A stretch of DNA of 64,000 nucleotides from a virus. Taxonomy: Duplodnaviria > Heunggongvirae > Uroviricota > Caudoviricetes. The stretch is from positions 37,578 to 101,577 of IMG/VR virus record IMGVR_UViG_2935054407_000002; one strand, written 5' to 3'. Positions 1 through 9,865 of the stretch are shown here, piece by piece. The translations under genes were made by a program, and so were the position numbers. The notes below the pieces were generated by a model that worked only from the letters and a program-made list of their open reading frames with translations, was not told the DNA's origin and searched no databases. The first letter of the stretch is position 1. Each line of letters starts with the position of its first letter.

Positions 1-556
1 GGTCATGACGATCGACAACCCCAGGCCCGGCGTGTCGATGCGGTAGCTGTACGGGCCGATCGTTTCCGACGTGATACCGCCAGCGATGGCCGGCGAGGTG
101 AGGGTCCGCAGCGCCATGCCGCACACCACCATGACGACGTCCGCTGGGACTTCGGCGTAGCCGTGGGAGTAGGTGACCCGGAAAGTGCCGGGGTAGCCCT
201 CGTCTTCGTCCCACCAGATCTCCGGCAGGTTGATGACGAAGTTGCCCTCGCCGATCCGGATCTTGTCGAGGCCGTCCCACCAGTAGTCGACGACTCCGAT
301 GTCCGGGGTGCCGTTGATGCCGATCGCGGTCACGGACGTGATGCCGATGACGGGTCTTTGCGGTAGGACGATCATTCCGGCCTGCGCTCGCAACGTCACG
401 GTGGACGTCGAGGTACCGAAGTCCTGGCCGGTGTAGGAACGGACCATCGTGGACGCGTCGGAGAGCAGCGCCTCCAGTCGAGCGCCTTCGTCGCACGTTA
501 GGTCTCGGCCGAGGCGTGCTGCGAGGTCAGCTTTGGTCGCTAGGGGAGCCATATCG
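1..556 (-). CDS. Head-tail connector/adaptor protein (gp6/gp15-like), partial; C-terminus runs off the left edge
   Basis: ATG at 556-554 after GAGGAGG. Translation MAPLATKADLAARLGRDLTCDEGARLEALLSDASTMVRSYTGQDF... matches the usual N-terminus of phage head-tail connectors. Lies directly after the capsid/GT genes. Confidence 0.65.
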
Positions 557-561
557 CCTCC

Positions 562-1572
562 TCAGAGCCTTGCGAGAGCGCGGAGACGGCCCCGCTGGGC
601 AGCGAGAGCCTCGATGGCGTCACACCAGCGGGTGAGGTCTTCGGCAGGGTCGAGTTCTGCTGCTCGCGCGATAGCCCGCTTGGAGGCGGCGCCGTAGGCG
701 CGAGGAGCGAGGAGACGCCGGATTTCCTTCTCCCACCCGTCGAGGTCATTGCGATCAACGAACACGCCTGCGTCGCCGAGGGACTCCTGAAGGCCCGGCG
801 TGGGGTGCGCGATGACCGGGATACCGGACACCATGCCCTCCACCCCCACCCGACCCCACGACTCGTAATCGGATGGCATGAGCAGGAGTTTCGTGCGGGC
901 ATACACCTCGTCCCGCATCCGATCGCCGGGCAAGTTCGACAGCACTTCGACGTTCGGTAGGTCGCGAATGTCCTGGTCGCCGTAACCGCCGGTCACCGCG
1001 AGGAATTCCACGTCGGGCATGCGTTCCGCGAGCCGCCAGAACGTCTCCGAGCCCTTCGGCTTGAACAAGTTGATCAATGTGACGCGGTCGCCATGCTTGG
1101 TCCGGTACTCGTCGGCCAGCACCGGCGGATGAATCACGACCGAGTTCGGGCGTGGAGTGTTTACCGAGTTCAGCCACGTCTCGAAATCGGTGCGCATCCA
1201 CTGCGAGTTGTAGACCGCGAGCGAGCACGGCCCCTTTCGGAGCCAGTTCTTCGTCTGCGGGAACGTGTTGTGCAGCACATGCACCACCGGGATGCCGCGC
1301 ATCTGGCCGATCATCGACGCACGCTGGGTGTTCTCCAGGTGTGTGATGATCGCGTCCGCCCGGTCGGTGTAATCGAACGGATCGTGCTTGCTACGGAACG
1401 GGTGAACCCGCACCCCGTCCAGCTCATACGAGCCGCCGGCCACCGGGTTGGACAGGACCACGTCCACCTCGTGGTCGCGCTCTACCAGAGCGCGCAGCAT
1501 CGTGTGGACCATCCACTCCGCCCCAGCATTGTGCGCTGGCGGGTAGGCATGAAGCATCGCCATCAGGCGCAC
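562..1572 (-). CDS. GT-B fold glycosyltransferase (GT4/GT1-like) inside the head module
   Basis: C-terminal E-x7-E-like motif (DYESWGRVGVEGMVSGIPVIA). Overall GT4 retaining-transferase pattern. Confidence 0.75.
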   Translation of the reverse strand: MRLMAMLHAYPPAHNAGAEWMVHTMLRALVERDHEVDVVLSNPVAGGSYELDGVRVHPFRSKHDPFDYTDRADAIITHLENTQRASMIGQMRGIPVVHVLHNTFPQTKNWLRKGPCSLAVYNSQWMRTDFETWLNSVNTPRPNSVVIHPPVLADEYRTKHGDRVTLINLFKPKGSETFWRLAERMPDVEFLAVTGGYGDQDIRDLPNVEVLSNLPGDRMRDEVYARTKLLLMPSDYESWGRVGVEGMVSGIPVIAHPTPGLQESLGDAGVFVDRNDLDGWEKEIRRLLAPRAYGAASKRAIARAAELDPAEDLTRWCDAIEALAAQRGRLRALARL

Positions 1573-1595
1573 AACGTCTCCCTGGGGGTTGATGC

Positions 1596-1630
1596 CATGC
1601 GGGAGCCCGGGAGTAGTCGGACTCCCGCAC
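1596..1630 (-). terminator. Stem-loop between the capsid and GT4 genes; possible attenuator or weak terminator
   Basis: gcgggag-N-ctcccgc inverted repeat with an inner cccggg. No clear T-run follows. Confidence 0.25.
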
Positions 1631-1640
1631 AGCAGAGAGG

Positions 1641-2615
1641 TTAGGAACCGGCGGTCGCGGCCTGCAGCGTGCCGAACGGGTACCGGCTCGCACTGGTGGC
1701 GTTGAGCGTGGTGATCGGGTTGCTGGTCGCGTAAGCCAGCCGCATGGTGACTCGAAGCGCCACCGAGTCCTGCTGCATCAGGTTCAGGACGACCGCGCCG
1801 TTCGCGTCGCTGATGACGCCCTGGTCGAACATCTTCCAGGTGATGTCCTGTCGCAGCCCGATCACAGCCTTCGACCAGTCGCCGGCGATCATCTCCGCTT
1901 CGCTGGCGTCCCAGGCGCCGTTGATGACCTCCGACAGCGGGTAGCCGTACAGGTTGCCCGCGCTGACAGCGTCATGCATGTTCGACTGGTAGATCGGGAC
2001 GCCGTTGTCGTCCCTCATCCCAGCCAGCCGCCACTTCAGGCCGGGCCTCGACGCGAAGCCGTTGATCGCGAAGCCGTCCATGGCGACCTTCTCGCCGAGC
2101 AGCGTGACGTCCTCGGCGAGGTCACGGCCCGTGCCGGCGACCACGGTGTTGCCGGCCGCGACGGTGGACGGGTAGATGGCCGCGGGCCACGACGCGGGCT
2201 TGTCGGTCCCGAACAGAGCGGCAGCGTCGATCTTGGCTCCGAATGCTTCCACGATTCTCGGCCTGATTTCGTCCCAGATCGGCACCTGGGCGTCGTCGAG
2301 ATACGCCTCGGGGATCGGGATGATGACCGCGAGCTCCTCGGCGACCAGCGAAACGTTCTTCCAGTCGACGCTCGACGTCTGCTTCATCCCGGTATCGCCC
2401 GAAACCCAGTAGGCCATCGGCAGCACATCGAGGACGGGCTGCCTCTGAGTTTTGGTGCTCATCCTCACCTGGCCAGCCCGCTGGAGCATGAACGACTTGG
2501 TCGGCATCTCCTGGAGGATCTGCGAGGAAACCGGAGTCGGGATCAGCGGGTCGTCGGAGCCGTCGCGGGTGGTCATGGAGTTATAGGTAGGCACGGGGAT
2601 CTCGCTTTCAGACAT
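1641..2615 (-). CDS. Major capsid protein (HK97 fold)
   Basis: 324 aa, directly after the scaffold gene. Sequence pattern typical of HK97-like actinophage capsids; C-terminus is Ser/Thr/Ala-rich. Confidence 0.8.
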   Translation of the reverse strand: MSESEIPVPTYNSMTTRDGSDDPLIPTPVSSQILQEMPTKSFMLQRAGQVRMSTKTQRQPVLDVLPMAYWVSGDTGMKQTSSVDWKNVSLVAEELAVIIPIPEAYLDDAQVPIWDEIRPRIVEAFGAKIDAAALFGTDKPASWPAAIYPSTVAAGNTVVAGTGRDLAEDVTLLGEKVAMDGFAINGFASRPGLKWRLAGMRDDNGVPIYQSNMHDAVSAGNLYGYPLSEVINGAWDASEAEMIAGDWSKAVIGLRQDITWKMFDQGVISDANGAVVLNLMQQDSVALRVTMRLAYATSNPITTLNATSASRYPFGTLQAATAGS

Positions 2616-2666
2616 GCAGCGGCGCCGGGCCCCGTGCGAGGAATCCGGTAGCTGCGGGATAAGTGG

Positions 2667-3272
2667 TTAGCGGCCGAGGAAGCGGCGGAACGCCTCGTTG
2701 ACGTCCTCGGGCGCGTAGTCAGCAGGAAGAGCGCCAGGTGTCAGCGACTCAACAGGCCGGGTCCGGACGGGGTAGGAGTGCTCCTCCTCGTCCTTCTCAG
2801 AGGCAGCCGGAGGGGGCATCGCCGCGAGGCGCCGCTCCAACTCAGCTTCCAGTTCGCGACTGAGCTCCTGAGCTGCCTCGTTGATCTCGTCCTCGTTGCT
2901 GCCGCCGAGTCGATCCAGCAGAGACGTCGGGATGTTGTACGCCGCGGCGGCCATCAACTTGGCCCGCCCGATCTCGGCAGCAACGGCCCGCTGCTCGGCA
3001 GCGGCCAGACGATCTGCGATCCTCTGCTGCTCCGACTTCTGTGACTCTTCGAACTCGGCGTACTTCCGAGCTGCCTCGGCGTTCGCCTTGGCTGTCTGCT
3101 CGTGCTTCCTCGCCATAGCGCGCCACTTCGAGACTTCCGCTTCCCAGTCCTTCGCCTTGTCAGGCTCGTCCCGAGACTCAGAGTCCGCAGGTGGCTCCAT
3201 GGACTCCGAAGGGTCCGGCTCGATGCCGGTGGGCTCTTCGGTGACCTCTGGCTCAGTCGCGGTTTCGGACAT
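2667..3272 (-). CDS. Scaffolding protein
   Basis: Acidic, coiled-coil, Ala/Glu-rich protein between the MuF-like and capsid genes. The probable start is an internal ATG preceded by GGGAGA. Confidence 0.7.
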   Translation of the reverse strand: MSETATEPEVTEEPTGIEPDPSESMEPPADSESRDEPDKAKDWEAEVSKWRAMARKHEQTAKANAEAARKYAEFEESQKSEQQRIADRLAAAEQRAVAAEIGRAKLMAAAAYNIPTSLLDRLGGSNEDEINEAAQELSRELEAELERRLAAMPPPAASEKDEEEHSYPVRTRPVESLTPGALPADYAPEDVNEAFRRFLGR

Positions 3273-3378
3273 GGATGGGTCTCCCGTGTCGGGTAAGCGC
3301 TCGCCGTGTCGGCGGGCGAAAGGGGACATGCGAAAGCGCCGGGCCTGCCATGTCGGCTGGTCCGGTCAGGGAAAAAGA

Positions 3379-4176
3379 TCAGGAGGAGGGTTGATCGCGG
3401 GGCTCTACACCTGGCGGGAGAGACGCGGCACGGCCTTCCCACCACTGCCGCCACACCTTGCGCGCCTCGTCGCCGCCGGTACCGGCGGTAACGCGCTTCC
3501 AGGTGTCGAACAACTCGTCCGCTTTGTGAAGCAGCGGGGAATCGGCATCGAAGATCGGGACGGCTTGGCAACCATCGTGATCGTGGTACTTCGCTCCGCC
3601 GTACCGGCTATCACCAGCGGTTTCGGCGGACTCATACACGGCGCCGCGGGAAATCAGCATCGCGCACCATGAGCACGGGTCGCCGTCCCCGATGCGAGCC
3701 CAGCCGAGCGCGTCCTCGTCATCGTGAGAGGTGGCTTCCATGACATCCCGGCCGCCCTCAAGCGCAAGCCTGGTCGCGGTACCAGAGATCGTGACCGCCA
3801 TCCGGTCCCGCGCCTGCGCTGGCGTCGCACCAAGTCTCAAGGACTTCCGCATCACCGCCATGCCGGCGCTGTCCAGAGCCTCGGTCAACTGCTCCTGGGT
3901 GAGGGTCCGCGGCTCGGCCATCACGACCTCACCGGAGACACCCGCTGCGGTACGGAGTTGTCGGTAGTACGGGCCTGCGAGGCTCGCAGAGCGCTCCCGG
4001 CTGGTCATGACCATGGCAGCGAGCGCCATCTGTACACCCGGCCACGACTCCTCGGGCTGCTCCAGGTTGAACAGCAACCGGAGGAGCTTCACAACGTCGC
4101 GGACGAGGCTGGACGACACCACCCGCTGCTGTGCCTGGTAACGGGCAGCGGCGCGCTGCTGCTCAAGGTCTGACAT
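3379..4176 (-). CDS. MuF-like minor head / capsid morphogenesis protein
   Basis: Lies after the portal gene. CSWC...HDHDGC motif region typical of SPP1 gp7/MuF family. Confidence 0.65.
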   Translation of the reverse strand: MSDLEQQRAAARYQAQQRVVSSSLVRDVVKLLRLLFNLEQPEESWPGVQMALAAMVMTSRERSASLAGPYYRQLRTAAGVSGEVVMAEPRTLTQEQLTEALDSAGMAVMRKSLRLGATPAQARDRMAVTISGTATRLALEGGRDVMEATSHDDEDALGWARIGDGDPCSWCAMLISRGAVYESAETAGDSRYGGAKYHDHDGCQAVPIFDADSPLLHKADELFDTWKRVTAGTGGDEARKVWRQWWEGRAASLPPGVEPRDQPSS

Positions 4177-5575
4177 TCCCACCAGCCGAGTCCGGAGGCT
4201 GCGGCGGCGCTTCGAGAGCGTCAGCTTCGGCCTTCTGCTTGTCGACGATCGCGTTCAACTGAGCTTCCGCATCAGCCTTCGCCGCAGTGGCCTTCCACCT
4301 GGTGACATCCGTCTGCGTCACACCGGGAATGCGCTCCCAGAGCTCTTGCGCGGGCACGTCGAGCATCTGCTTCAGCTTCCCAAGCGCATCTACTGTCGAC
4401 GCCAGAGCGCGGGCTTCAGTGTCGCGCCATACGACCTGCGCGGCCATGTCGGACCAGCCCCGCTTGTCGCCGGCCGCGCGAGATGCCAGACGCAAGGTCT
4501 GCTCATGCGACTCACCGAAGCCAGACTTCCGCTCGGTGATCTTCCGCTGCAGGCCGCTCTCCGCTGCAGCGAGCGCTTCCGCCGACAGGTTGCTCATCTG
4601 ACCGAGCAGATGGTGGGGCGGCGTCTGGGAGACGGTCGCGATATGCCGGATCGTCTCCTCGGCGCTCTTTAAGTAGCCGCCCAAGTCCGTCTGGCCGAAC
4701 TCACCGAACTTGGTGTCTGAGTCCTCGGCCATCCACAAGCGGCTCACCGACGCGTTGAACGGCTGCATCGGGTTGCCGTTCTCATCGAAAGGTGGCGCCA
4801 TGCCCGTGACCCAACGCTGCCTGAAAGCGGCGTACTGCTGGGCCATCATCAGGCCAAACGTCGTCGAATTCAGCTGATCTTGCATCTCGAACAGAGGCTC
4901 AATCTCGCCGCGGATGCAGTCGTCGCCGTCCAAGTCATCGCCGTTGACGTACCTCACGACAGGGCACACGCCAAGGTTGTGCGCTTCGGTCTTGACGAGC
5001 CGCAACTTCCCGCCCGGCTTGACCTCCGCCTCCAGCACGTACCGGTTGACGTCGTCATACAGACGAATCGACCTGATCTGCTCCTTCACGCCGTTGTGAA
5101 TCGCCTCTTCGATGGCGTACAGCGGCCACTCATCGTCGATCGGGTCCTCGTAGAACGCCGTCATGCGCCGCGGCGACTTCGGGAGAATCACCGGCACAGG
5201 CTTGCCTGGCATGACCACCGTGTAGCCCACCCCGTACTTCAGGGCGGCCCGATGTACCCCGTGCTGGCGGGCATCCATACGGTTGGCCTGCCAAAACTCC
5301 CACGCCGCCGCGTTCTCATCCCCGCCGGCGGCCCGATACCCATCGACGTACAGCGCCTGCGCAACCACCGTGACCACAAGGGGCAAGACATTCACCCGGG
5401 CACGCTTGATCAGCCACTTGTACTCCTGCCGGGCCCCCTTCGGCACGTACACGCTGGACGCTTCGCCCCGCATGTACGCCGAGATCTTCTTCAGCCTCGG
5501 CTGCTCCTGCTCGCGCATCTGCAGCAGCCGCCGCGAGGTGTCGATGACATCCGACTCGGAGAGGGCCACAAGCAC
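4163..5575 (-). CDS. Portal protein
   Basis: 470 aa directly after the terminase large subunit gene. GTG start with a GAGGGG ribosome-binding site. Confidence 0.8.
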   Translation of the reverse strand: MLVALSESDVIDTSRRLLQMREQEQPRLKKISAYMRGEASSVYVPKGARQEYKWLIKRARVNVLPLVVTVVAQALYVDGYRAAGGDENAAAWEFWQANRMDARQHGVHRAALKYGVGYTVVMPGKPVPVILPKSPRRMTAFYEDPIDDEWPLYAIEEAIHNGVKEQIRSIRLYDDVNRYVLEAEVKPGGKLRLVKTEAHNLGVCPVVRYVNGDDLDGDDCIRGEIEPLFEMQDQLNSTTFGLMMAQQYAAFRQRWVTGMAPPFDENGNPMQPFNASVSRLWMAEDSDTKFGEFGQTDLGGYLKSAEETIRHIATVSQTPPHHLLGQMSNLSAEALAAAESGLQRKITERKSGFGESHEQTLRLASRAAGDKRGWSDMAAQVVWRDTEARALASTVDALGKLKQMLDVPAQELWERIPGVTQTDVTRWKATAAKADAEAQLNAIVDKQKAEADALEAPPQPPDSAGGNVRP

Positions 5576-5590
5576 CCCCTCGATTGATCG

Positions 5591-7240
5591 TCAGAATCCG
5601 TAAACGCGGCCCGTGCGGGTCCTCTTCTTGCGGTTCTTGTACTTCGGGGAAGCGAGCACCAGGCGGCGGACCATGCGAGCGCCGATCACACACACAGCGG
5701 CGTCGATCTTCTTCGGTGAGTCCGGAGACTCCTTACCGATCGACACACCCCATCGGTTGGGCCGGCGCCGAACATTCCCAACGTGCCGAGCAACCCGGGC
5801 GTCACCGTCGTGCCGGAATGCGCGCTCGTTGATCTCGGTCTCAGTGAGCTCGCAGGCGAGCGTGAAGTCGTAGGTGCGTGACCTCATGTCCCACGCGATC
5901 GGCTGCGGATCCTTACCGTCCGGCACGGAATGCACGAGCAGCTTCTCGGCGTACCGGCCTGGCCACGTGACCTTCGCGAACCCTTCCCACTCCTTGACGT
6001 CAGCGAAGAACGCCAACACGTCCCACCGGTCGAACATCTGCTCAACCGCGGCGTCCACCTCAGCAACCGGCACGACCGATTCCGTGCTGTGCGAGGTGTC
6101 CGGCTCCCACACGCCGATCGTGAAGACGTACCCGTCCGACATGCGGCACCCAAGCAGCGCAGTGGCGTCCCGCGACTTGGAGCCGTCGAAAAACGCGACG
6201 ATCTCCTCGCCGTCGGCAACCAGCTCGCTCGGATCCGCGATCAACGACCACGCTTGAGGCGTCATCCACGCATCCTGGGCTGCGGTAGGCCAGTTCAAGT
6301 ACTTCCGCTTGGAGTCGTCGGGCTTGCTCCGCGGATCCCAGATGCGTTCCATGATCGGACGTGTCTTCTGCCAGAAGCAGTCCTCGTACACGAACTCCAA
6401 GGCCCGGCGGAGTGAGTCCTCGTCCGTCATGTCCGTGTCCGGTGGAGCAACCCGTGCGTCGTACAGAATCCGTGACTCGCCGCGGGTCTTGCCTTCCTCC
6501 TGCGCCACCCACGCATCCCATGACGCCTCAGCTACCGATCCGATGCCGGGAATCCAGGAGTTGCAGGTCTCCAGCATCCGGCTACCGGACTTCGTGAGGT
6601 TGTCCTCCAAGGTCGCGGCTAGATCCGGGCCGCCGTTGGAGGGCTTCCAGTGCTCGGTCTCGTCAGCTATGACGCAACTCGACTCCGCGCCTTCAGCCGC
6701 AGTCGACGAAGCCGTGATCACCTCAAGGGTGCCCTCAGGAGCCTTGTAGTAGCGGGTCTTCGCCGGGTCGAGAGCGAACTCTGTGACGATCCGAGAGCCT
6801 TTCGGCGCGAACGCCCGCACCATCCGCATGGTGTTCGCCGTCTGTGACTCCGCAGTAGCGGCGATCTGCACCAACGGCATGTCCACAGGCTTGCCACGAA
6901 CCCCGCCAGGAGACTTCGAATCGAAGTCCAGCACCCGGACCGGAGCGCAAAGCTCAGCCAGGGCCATCAGAGCGGCGAACGGTGACTTACCCGACCCCTT
7001 CGCTAGCCGACGAACCCCGTGGTGGTAGAGCCAGTTGCCGTCCTCATCCACCGCGTACCAGTGAAGGAGGAACCGCACCTGCGACTCAACGAACTTCCAC
7101 GGCAACCCCGCGCGCGGCCCGTTCGGATGCCGCAGGTATTTGCTTGACCACCGGAGCACTTCCCAGCCGAGGGTGAACTGCGGAATCTCCTCAGGCAGGG
7201 TGATAAGCCGGTCAGCCGGAGAGACGACGACGCCACTCAT
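5591..7240 (-). CDS. Terminase large subunit
   Basis: About 550 aa with an N-terminal ATPase-like region and a C-terminal nuclease-like region. Start probably at MSGVVVSP; overlaps TerS. Confidence 0.85.
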   Translation of the reverse strand: MSGVVVSPADRLITLPEEIPQFTLGWEVLRWSSKYLRHPNGPRAGLPWKFVESQVRFLLHWYAVDEDGNWLYHHGVRRLAKGSGKSPFAALMALAELCAPVRVLDFDSKSPGGVRGKPVDMPLVQIAATAESQTANTMRMVRAFAPKGSRIVTEFALDPAKTRYYKAPEGTLEVITASSTAAEGAESSCVIADETEHWKPSNGGPDLAATLEDNLTKSGSRMLETCNSWIPGIGSVAEASWDAWVAQEEGKTRGESRILYDARVAPPDTDMTDEDSLRRALEFVYEDCFWQKTRPIMERIWDPRSKPDDSKRKYLNWPTAAQDAWMTPQAWSLIADPSELVADGEEIVAFFDGSKSRDATALLGCRMSDGYVFTIGVWEPDTSHSTESVVPVAEVDAAVEQMFDRWDVLAFFADVKEWEGFAKVTWPGRYAEKLLVHSVPDGKDPQPIAWDMRSRTYDFTLACELTETEINERAFRHDGDARVARHVGNVRRRPNRWGVSIGKESPDSPKKIDAAVCVIGARMVRRLVLASPKYKNRKKRTRTGRVYGF

Positions 7241-7646
7241 CGAGAGCCTCCACAGCCGCCTCCTCATCGGCATCCGTCTGCACCGCGCGCTCCAACTCCA
7301 CCCGCACCCGGCGCCGATCCCCTTCAGTCGTCAGCAGGCTCGACATGCCGGACATCACGGCAGCGAACATCTGGGCAGAGAACCGGCTCGCTTCCAAATT
7401 TCGGGACATGGCCTCCGCCACATACCGGGCCGTGGCCCAGTCGGACGCCTCGTAGAAAACCCGCTGCCCTGACAGCCCCAACGATCGGAACCAGTTCTGC
7501 GCAATCGGATGCCATGCCTCATCTGGCTCCTCAACAGGAAGCGGACCACCATCAACCTGAACCTTCGTGACCGCTTCCTGCTCCGCCTTCGTCCGATGCC
7601 CATGGCGCTGCCCTGAGCGCTTCCCTACGGGGCCACGAGAACCCAT
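7212..7646 (-). CDS. Terminase small subunit (putative)
   Basis: About 145 aa ORF directly upstream of and overlapping TerL. GGAGGTG ribosome-binding site before the internal ATG (MGSRGPVGKR...). Confidence 0.55.
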   Translation of the reverse strand: MGSRGPVGKRSGQRHGHRTKAEQEAVTKVQVDGGPLPVEEPDEAWHPIAQNWFRSLGLSGQRVFYEASDWATARYVAEAMSRNLEASRFSAQMFAAVMSGMSSLLTTEGDRRRVRVELERAVQTDADEEAAVEALDEWRRRLSG

Positions 7647-7805
7647 GACACCTCCAACGAAGGTCACGCCGCCAAACGGCTCACAGAGGCTCACGGGCTC
7701 TAAAACTTGGGAGGGATCTCCGGCGCAATACGTAGCCGATCTGGGGCCGGGAGGGAGGAGGGGACCCCGCCCACCCCCTCCTGCTAGGTCCATTTCACCT
7801 GGGGT

Positions 7806-8873
7806 TCAGAGGGTCGCCAGGAGGCGCTTCATGGCTTCTCGGTCACTCTTGATGGAGTTGCACATGAAGTGCGCACACTGCGTGTTAGCGGGTTCGTGTG
7901 TGCCTCCCTTGGCGAGAGGCACAATGTGATCGATGACTGGAGCTTTGGGGTGAGGCACTACCTGGTCTCTGTCTGTCTTGGTGTGGCAGAGCTGGCAGGT
8001 CCAGTCGTCTCGTTCAAAGATCCGCGACCTGTAGACGTGAGCTACATACGCGTTCTTCTGTACTGCTCGGCGCCTTGCTCTCTGGTCTGCCTTGGCGCAC
8101 TTCGCTGAGCAGTAGGAGGCGGGGCCTGTGGCTTGAACGCAGAAGGATGTGCCGCAGCGGATGCAGTCTCCTTGGACGAAGACGCGTGGCTTGGGGATGT
8201 GCTGCCTCGCGGGGTGCCTGTCGGGAAGTCTGGTCCATGCCCTGCCGTGTGGCCAGTCCAGTGGGGCCGGCAGCCATGCGGTTCTGCGTCGCTCCTGCTC
8301 CTTGGCTTCTCTCCACTGTGCTGTGCAGGCCGTAGAGCACCAGCGAGTACGCGTAGAGCTGGACGTGAATGCGGCTTGACAGTGATCGCAGGAGAGGCTG
8401 TATGCGCGGGTCTTGTTCGCGCATGGCCTGGAGCAGTATTTAGCTAGGCGTTGACGGGTTCTCCAAGCGGATCCGCATCCCTCGCAGGTGCGTTCGTAGA
8501 TGACGTCGTGGCTTGGCCAGCGGCCTGTTTCTTCTTTCCGCTGTCGCTGGTACGCCATCCCGCGTTCGACGTTGAATCGCTTCTCGCAGGAGGGTTTGCC
8601 GCACTGGACCCGGCGGGGATGCGTCATCTGATCGCCACAGTACGGACAAGGTCTGGTCTCGATGACCTTCTCTGCCTGACGCTTGATCTTGGCGTCCTCG
8701 GCCCATTGCTGTGCGCGGCCGTCGGCCTTGGCCCTGCGTGCACTTGCCTTGGCCCGACATCTGCCTGAGCAGTACGTAGGTAAAGGGCCGATCTTCTTCG
8801 GCGTCAGCGGGGTGGCGCACTCTTTGCAGGTGAGCGCGCTGGGGGTAGGGTCTGTCACGTCGTCCTGGTCCAA
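7806..8873 (-). CDS. HNH endonuclease with five N-terminal zinc-ribbon repeats
   Basis: C-terminal HNH motif DHIVPLAKGGTHEPANTQCAHFMCN. N-terminus carries five copies of C-x2-C-x10-14-(Y/W)CS-x2-C. Confidence 0.85.
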   Translation of the reverse strand: MDQDDVTDPTPSALTCKECATPLTPKKIGPLPTYCSGRCRAKASARRAKADGRAQQWAEDAKIKRQAEKVIETRPCPYCGDQMTHPRRVQCGKPSCEKRFNVERGMAYQRQRKEETGRWPSHDVIYERTCEGCGSAWRTRQRLAKYCSRPCANKTRAYSLSCDHCQAAFTSSSTRTRWCSTACTAQWREAKEQERRRTAWLPAPLDWPHGRAWTRLPDRHPARQHIPKPRVFVQGDCIRCGTSFCVQATGPASYCSAKCAKADQRARRRAVQKNAYVAHVYRSRIFERDDWTCQLCHTKTDRDQVVPHPKAPVIDHIVPLAKGGTHEPANTQCAHFMCNSIKSDREAMKRLLATL

Positions 8874-9022
8874 TCAGGTCGGCCGTGCCCGAGGAGTGTT
8901 AGCGCACTCGCTCGGGCTTCTTATTGGGTTGTGTCTCGATCATCCCAGATGTGCCTGACATTCCGTGGGAATCAGCCCGTCAGGTGCCAAGAATCTGCAG
9001 GTCGCATGTAGGTGACCTAGGG

Positions 9023-9167
9023 TTATCTGGCGAGGATTCCGCTGTCGGCCAGTGCGAGGAAGCAGAGGCCGGCGGCGAGGAGCGCGATGGGCCAGGCGCG
9101 TTGTATGGCGGCCCAGATGGCGGATGCGAGGAAGGCCACGATGGCGAGCAGGAGGATGACGTTCATG
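9023..9167 (-). CDS. Small hydrophobic membrane peptide (47 aa)
   Basis: Good AGGAGA ribosome-binding site. Translation MNVILLLAIVAFLASAIWAAIQRAWPIALLAAGLCFLALADSGILAR. Not in the ORF track because it is under 60 aa. Confidence 0.45.
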
Positions 9168-9175
9168 GGTGTCTC

Positions 9176-9508
9176 CTAGATGAGACCTGGGTGTTTTTCC
9201 TGTGGACGCTGCCTGGGGATGCGTTTGGCTTGTGCTGCTTGTCCACCTTCGCGGGAGGACTTGGTGCGGTGGCAGTAGGGAGCGACGTTGTGATGGATGG
9301 CGGCCAGGTTCTCAAGCGAGTGGTCGTCGCCAACCACGATGTGGTCGACGCCGTCTGCTCCGGGGCCGCAGCAGACGTGGCAGATGCGCTGGTCTCGTTT
9401 GAGTACCTGGTTGCGGCGTTTGGGCCAGTCTGCGGGGAGGCGGTCTCGGCGATCAGATCCCTTCCATCCGCCGGCCATTAGCTCTTGATGCCCTTCTCGG
9501 CTGGCCAT
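9176..9508 (-). CDS. HNH endonuclease
   Basis: CHVCCG...DHIV...N...H signature. Confidence 0.8.
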   Translation of the reverse strand: MASREGHQELMAGGWKGSDRRDRLPADWPKRRNQVLKRDQRICHVCCGPGADGVDHIVVGDDHSLENLAAIHHNVAPYCHRTKSSREGGQAAQAKRIPRQRPQEKHPGLI

Positions 9509-9702
9509 TCGCCAGTGGCCTGCTTGTGGAGGCGAGCGCAGAGTCCTTTGACGACGCCTGGCCCTACGTGCTTGGAGAGCTCTTCTACGCAGCGGTCGTA
9601 GGAGCCGTCGGTTCCCCAGCGCAGGCGCAGAGCTCCTGGACCGGTAGTCCAGTACCGCATGAGCTTCTCGGTTCCGTTGTCTCCGGGCTTGGCGTCTGCC
9701 AT
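9478..9702 (-). CDS. Hypothetical phage protein
   Basis: 74 aa ORF with good codon bias. Confidence 0.45.
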   Translation of the reverse strand: MADAKPGDNGTEKLMRYWTTGPGALRLRWGTDGSYDRCVEELSKHVGPGVVKGLCARLHKQATGEWPAEKGIKS

Positions 9703-9724
9703 GAGGGCCTCCGATCTCGGCCTG

Positions 9725-9865
9725 TTAGGAACCCTGTTGTGGGGTCTTCTTGCGCTTCTTCGGCGAGGTCAGGAAGTTGCGTATGGCTCGGTTGGCCATA
9801 GCTGCCTGGCCTGCTTTGTCTGTGGGGATCAGGTCGGTGGAGCCCCAGGAGAATCGGTCAGCCAT
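9725..9865 (-). CDS. Small basic ORF (46 aa)
   Basis: ATG overlaps the ART gene stop (TGATG). Lys-rich C-terminus. Confidence 0.25.
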   Translation of the reverse strand: MADRFSWGSTDLIPTDKAGQAAMANRAIRNFLTSPKKRKKTPQQGS

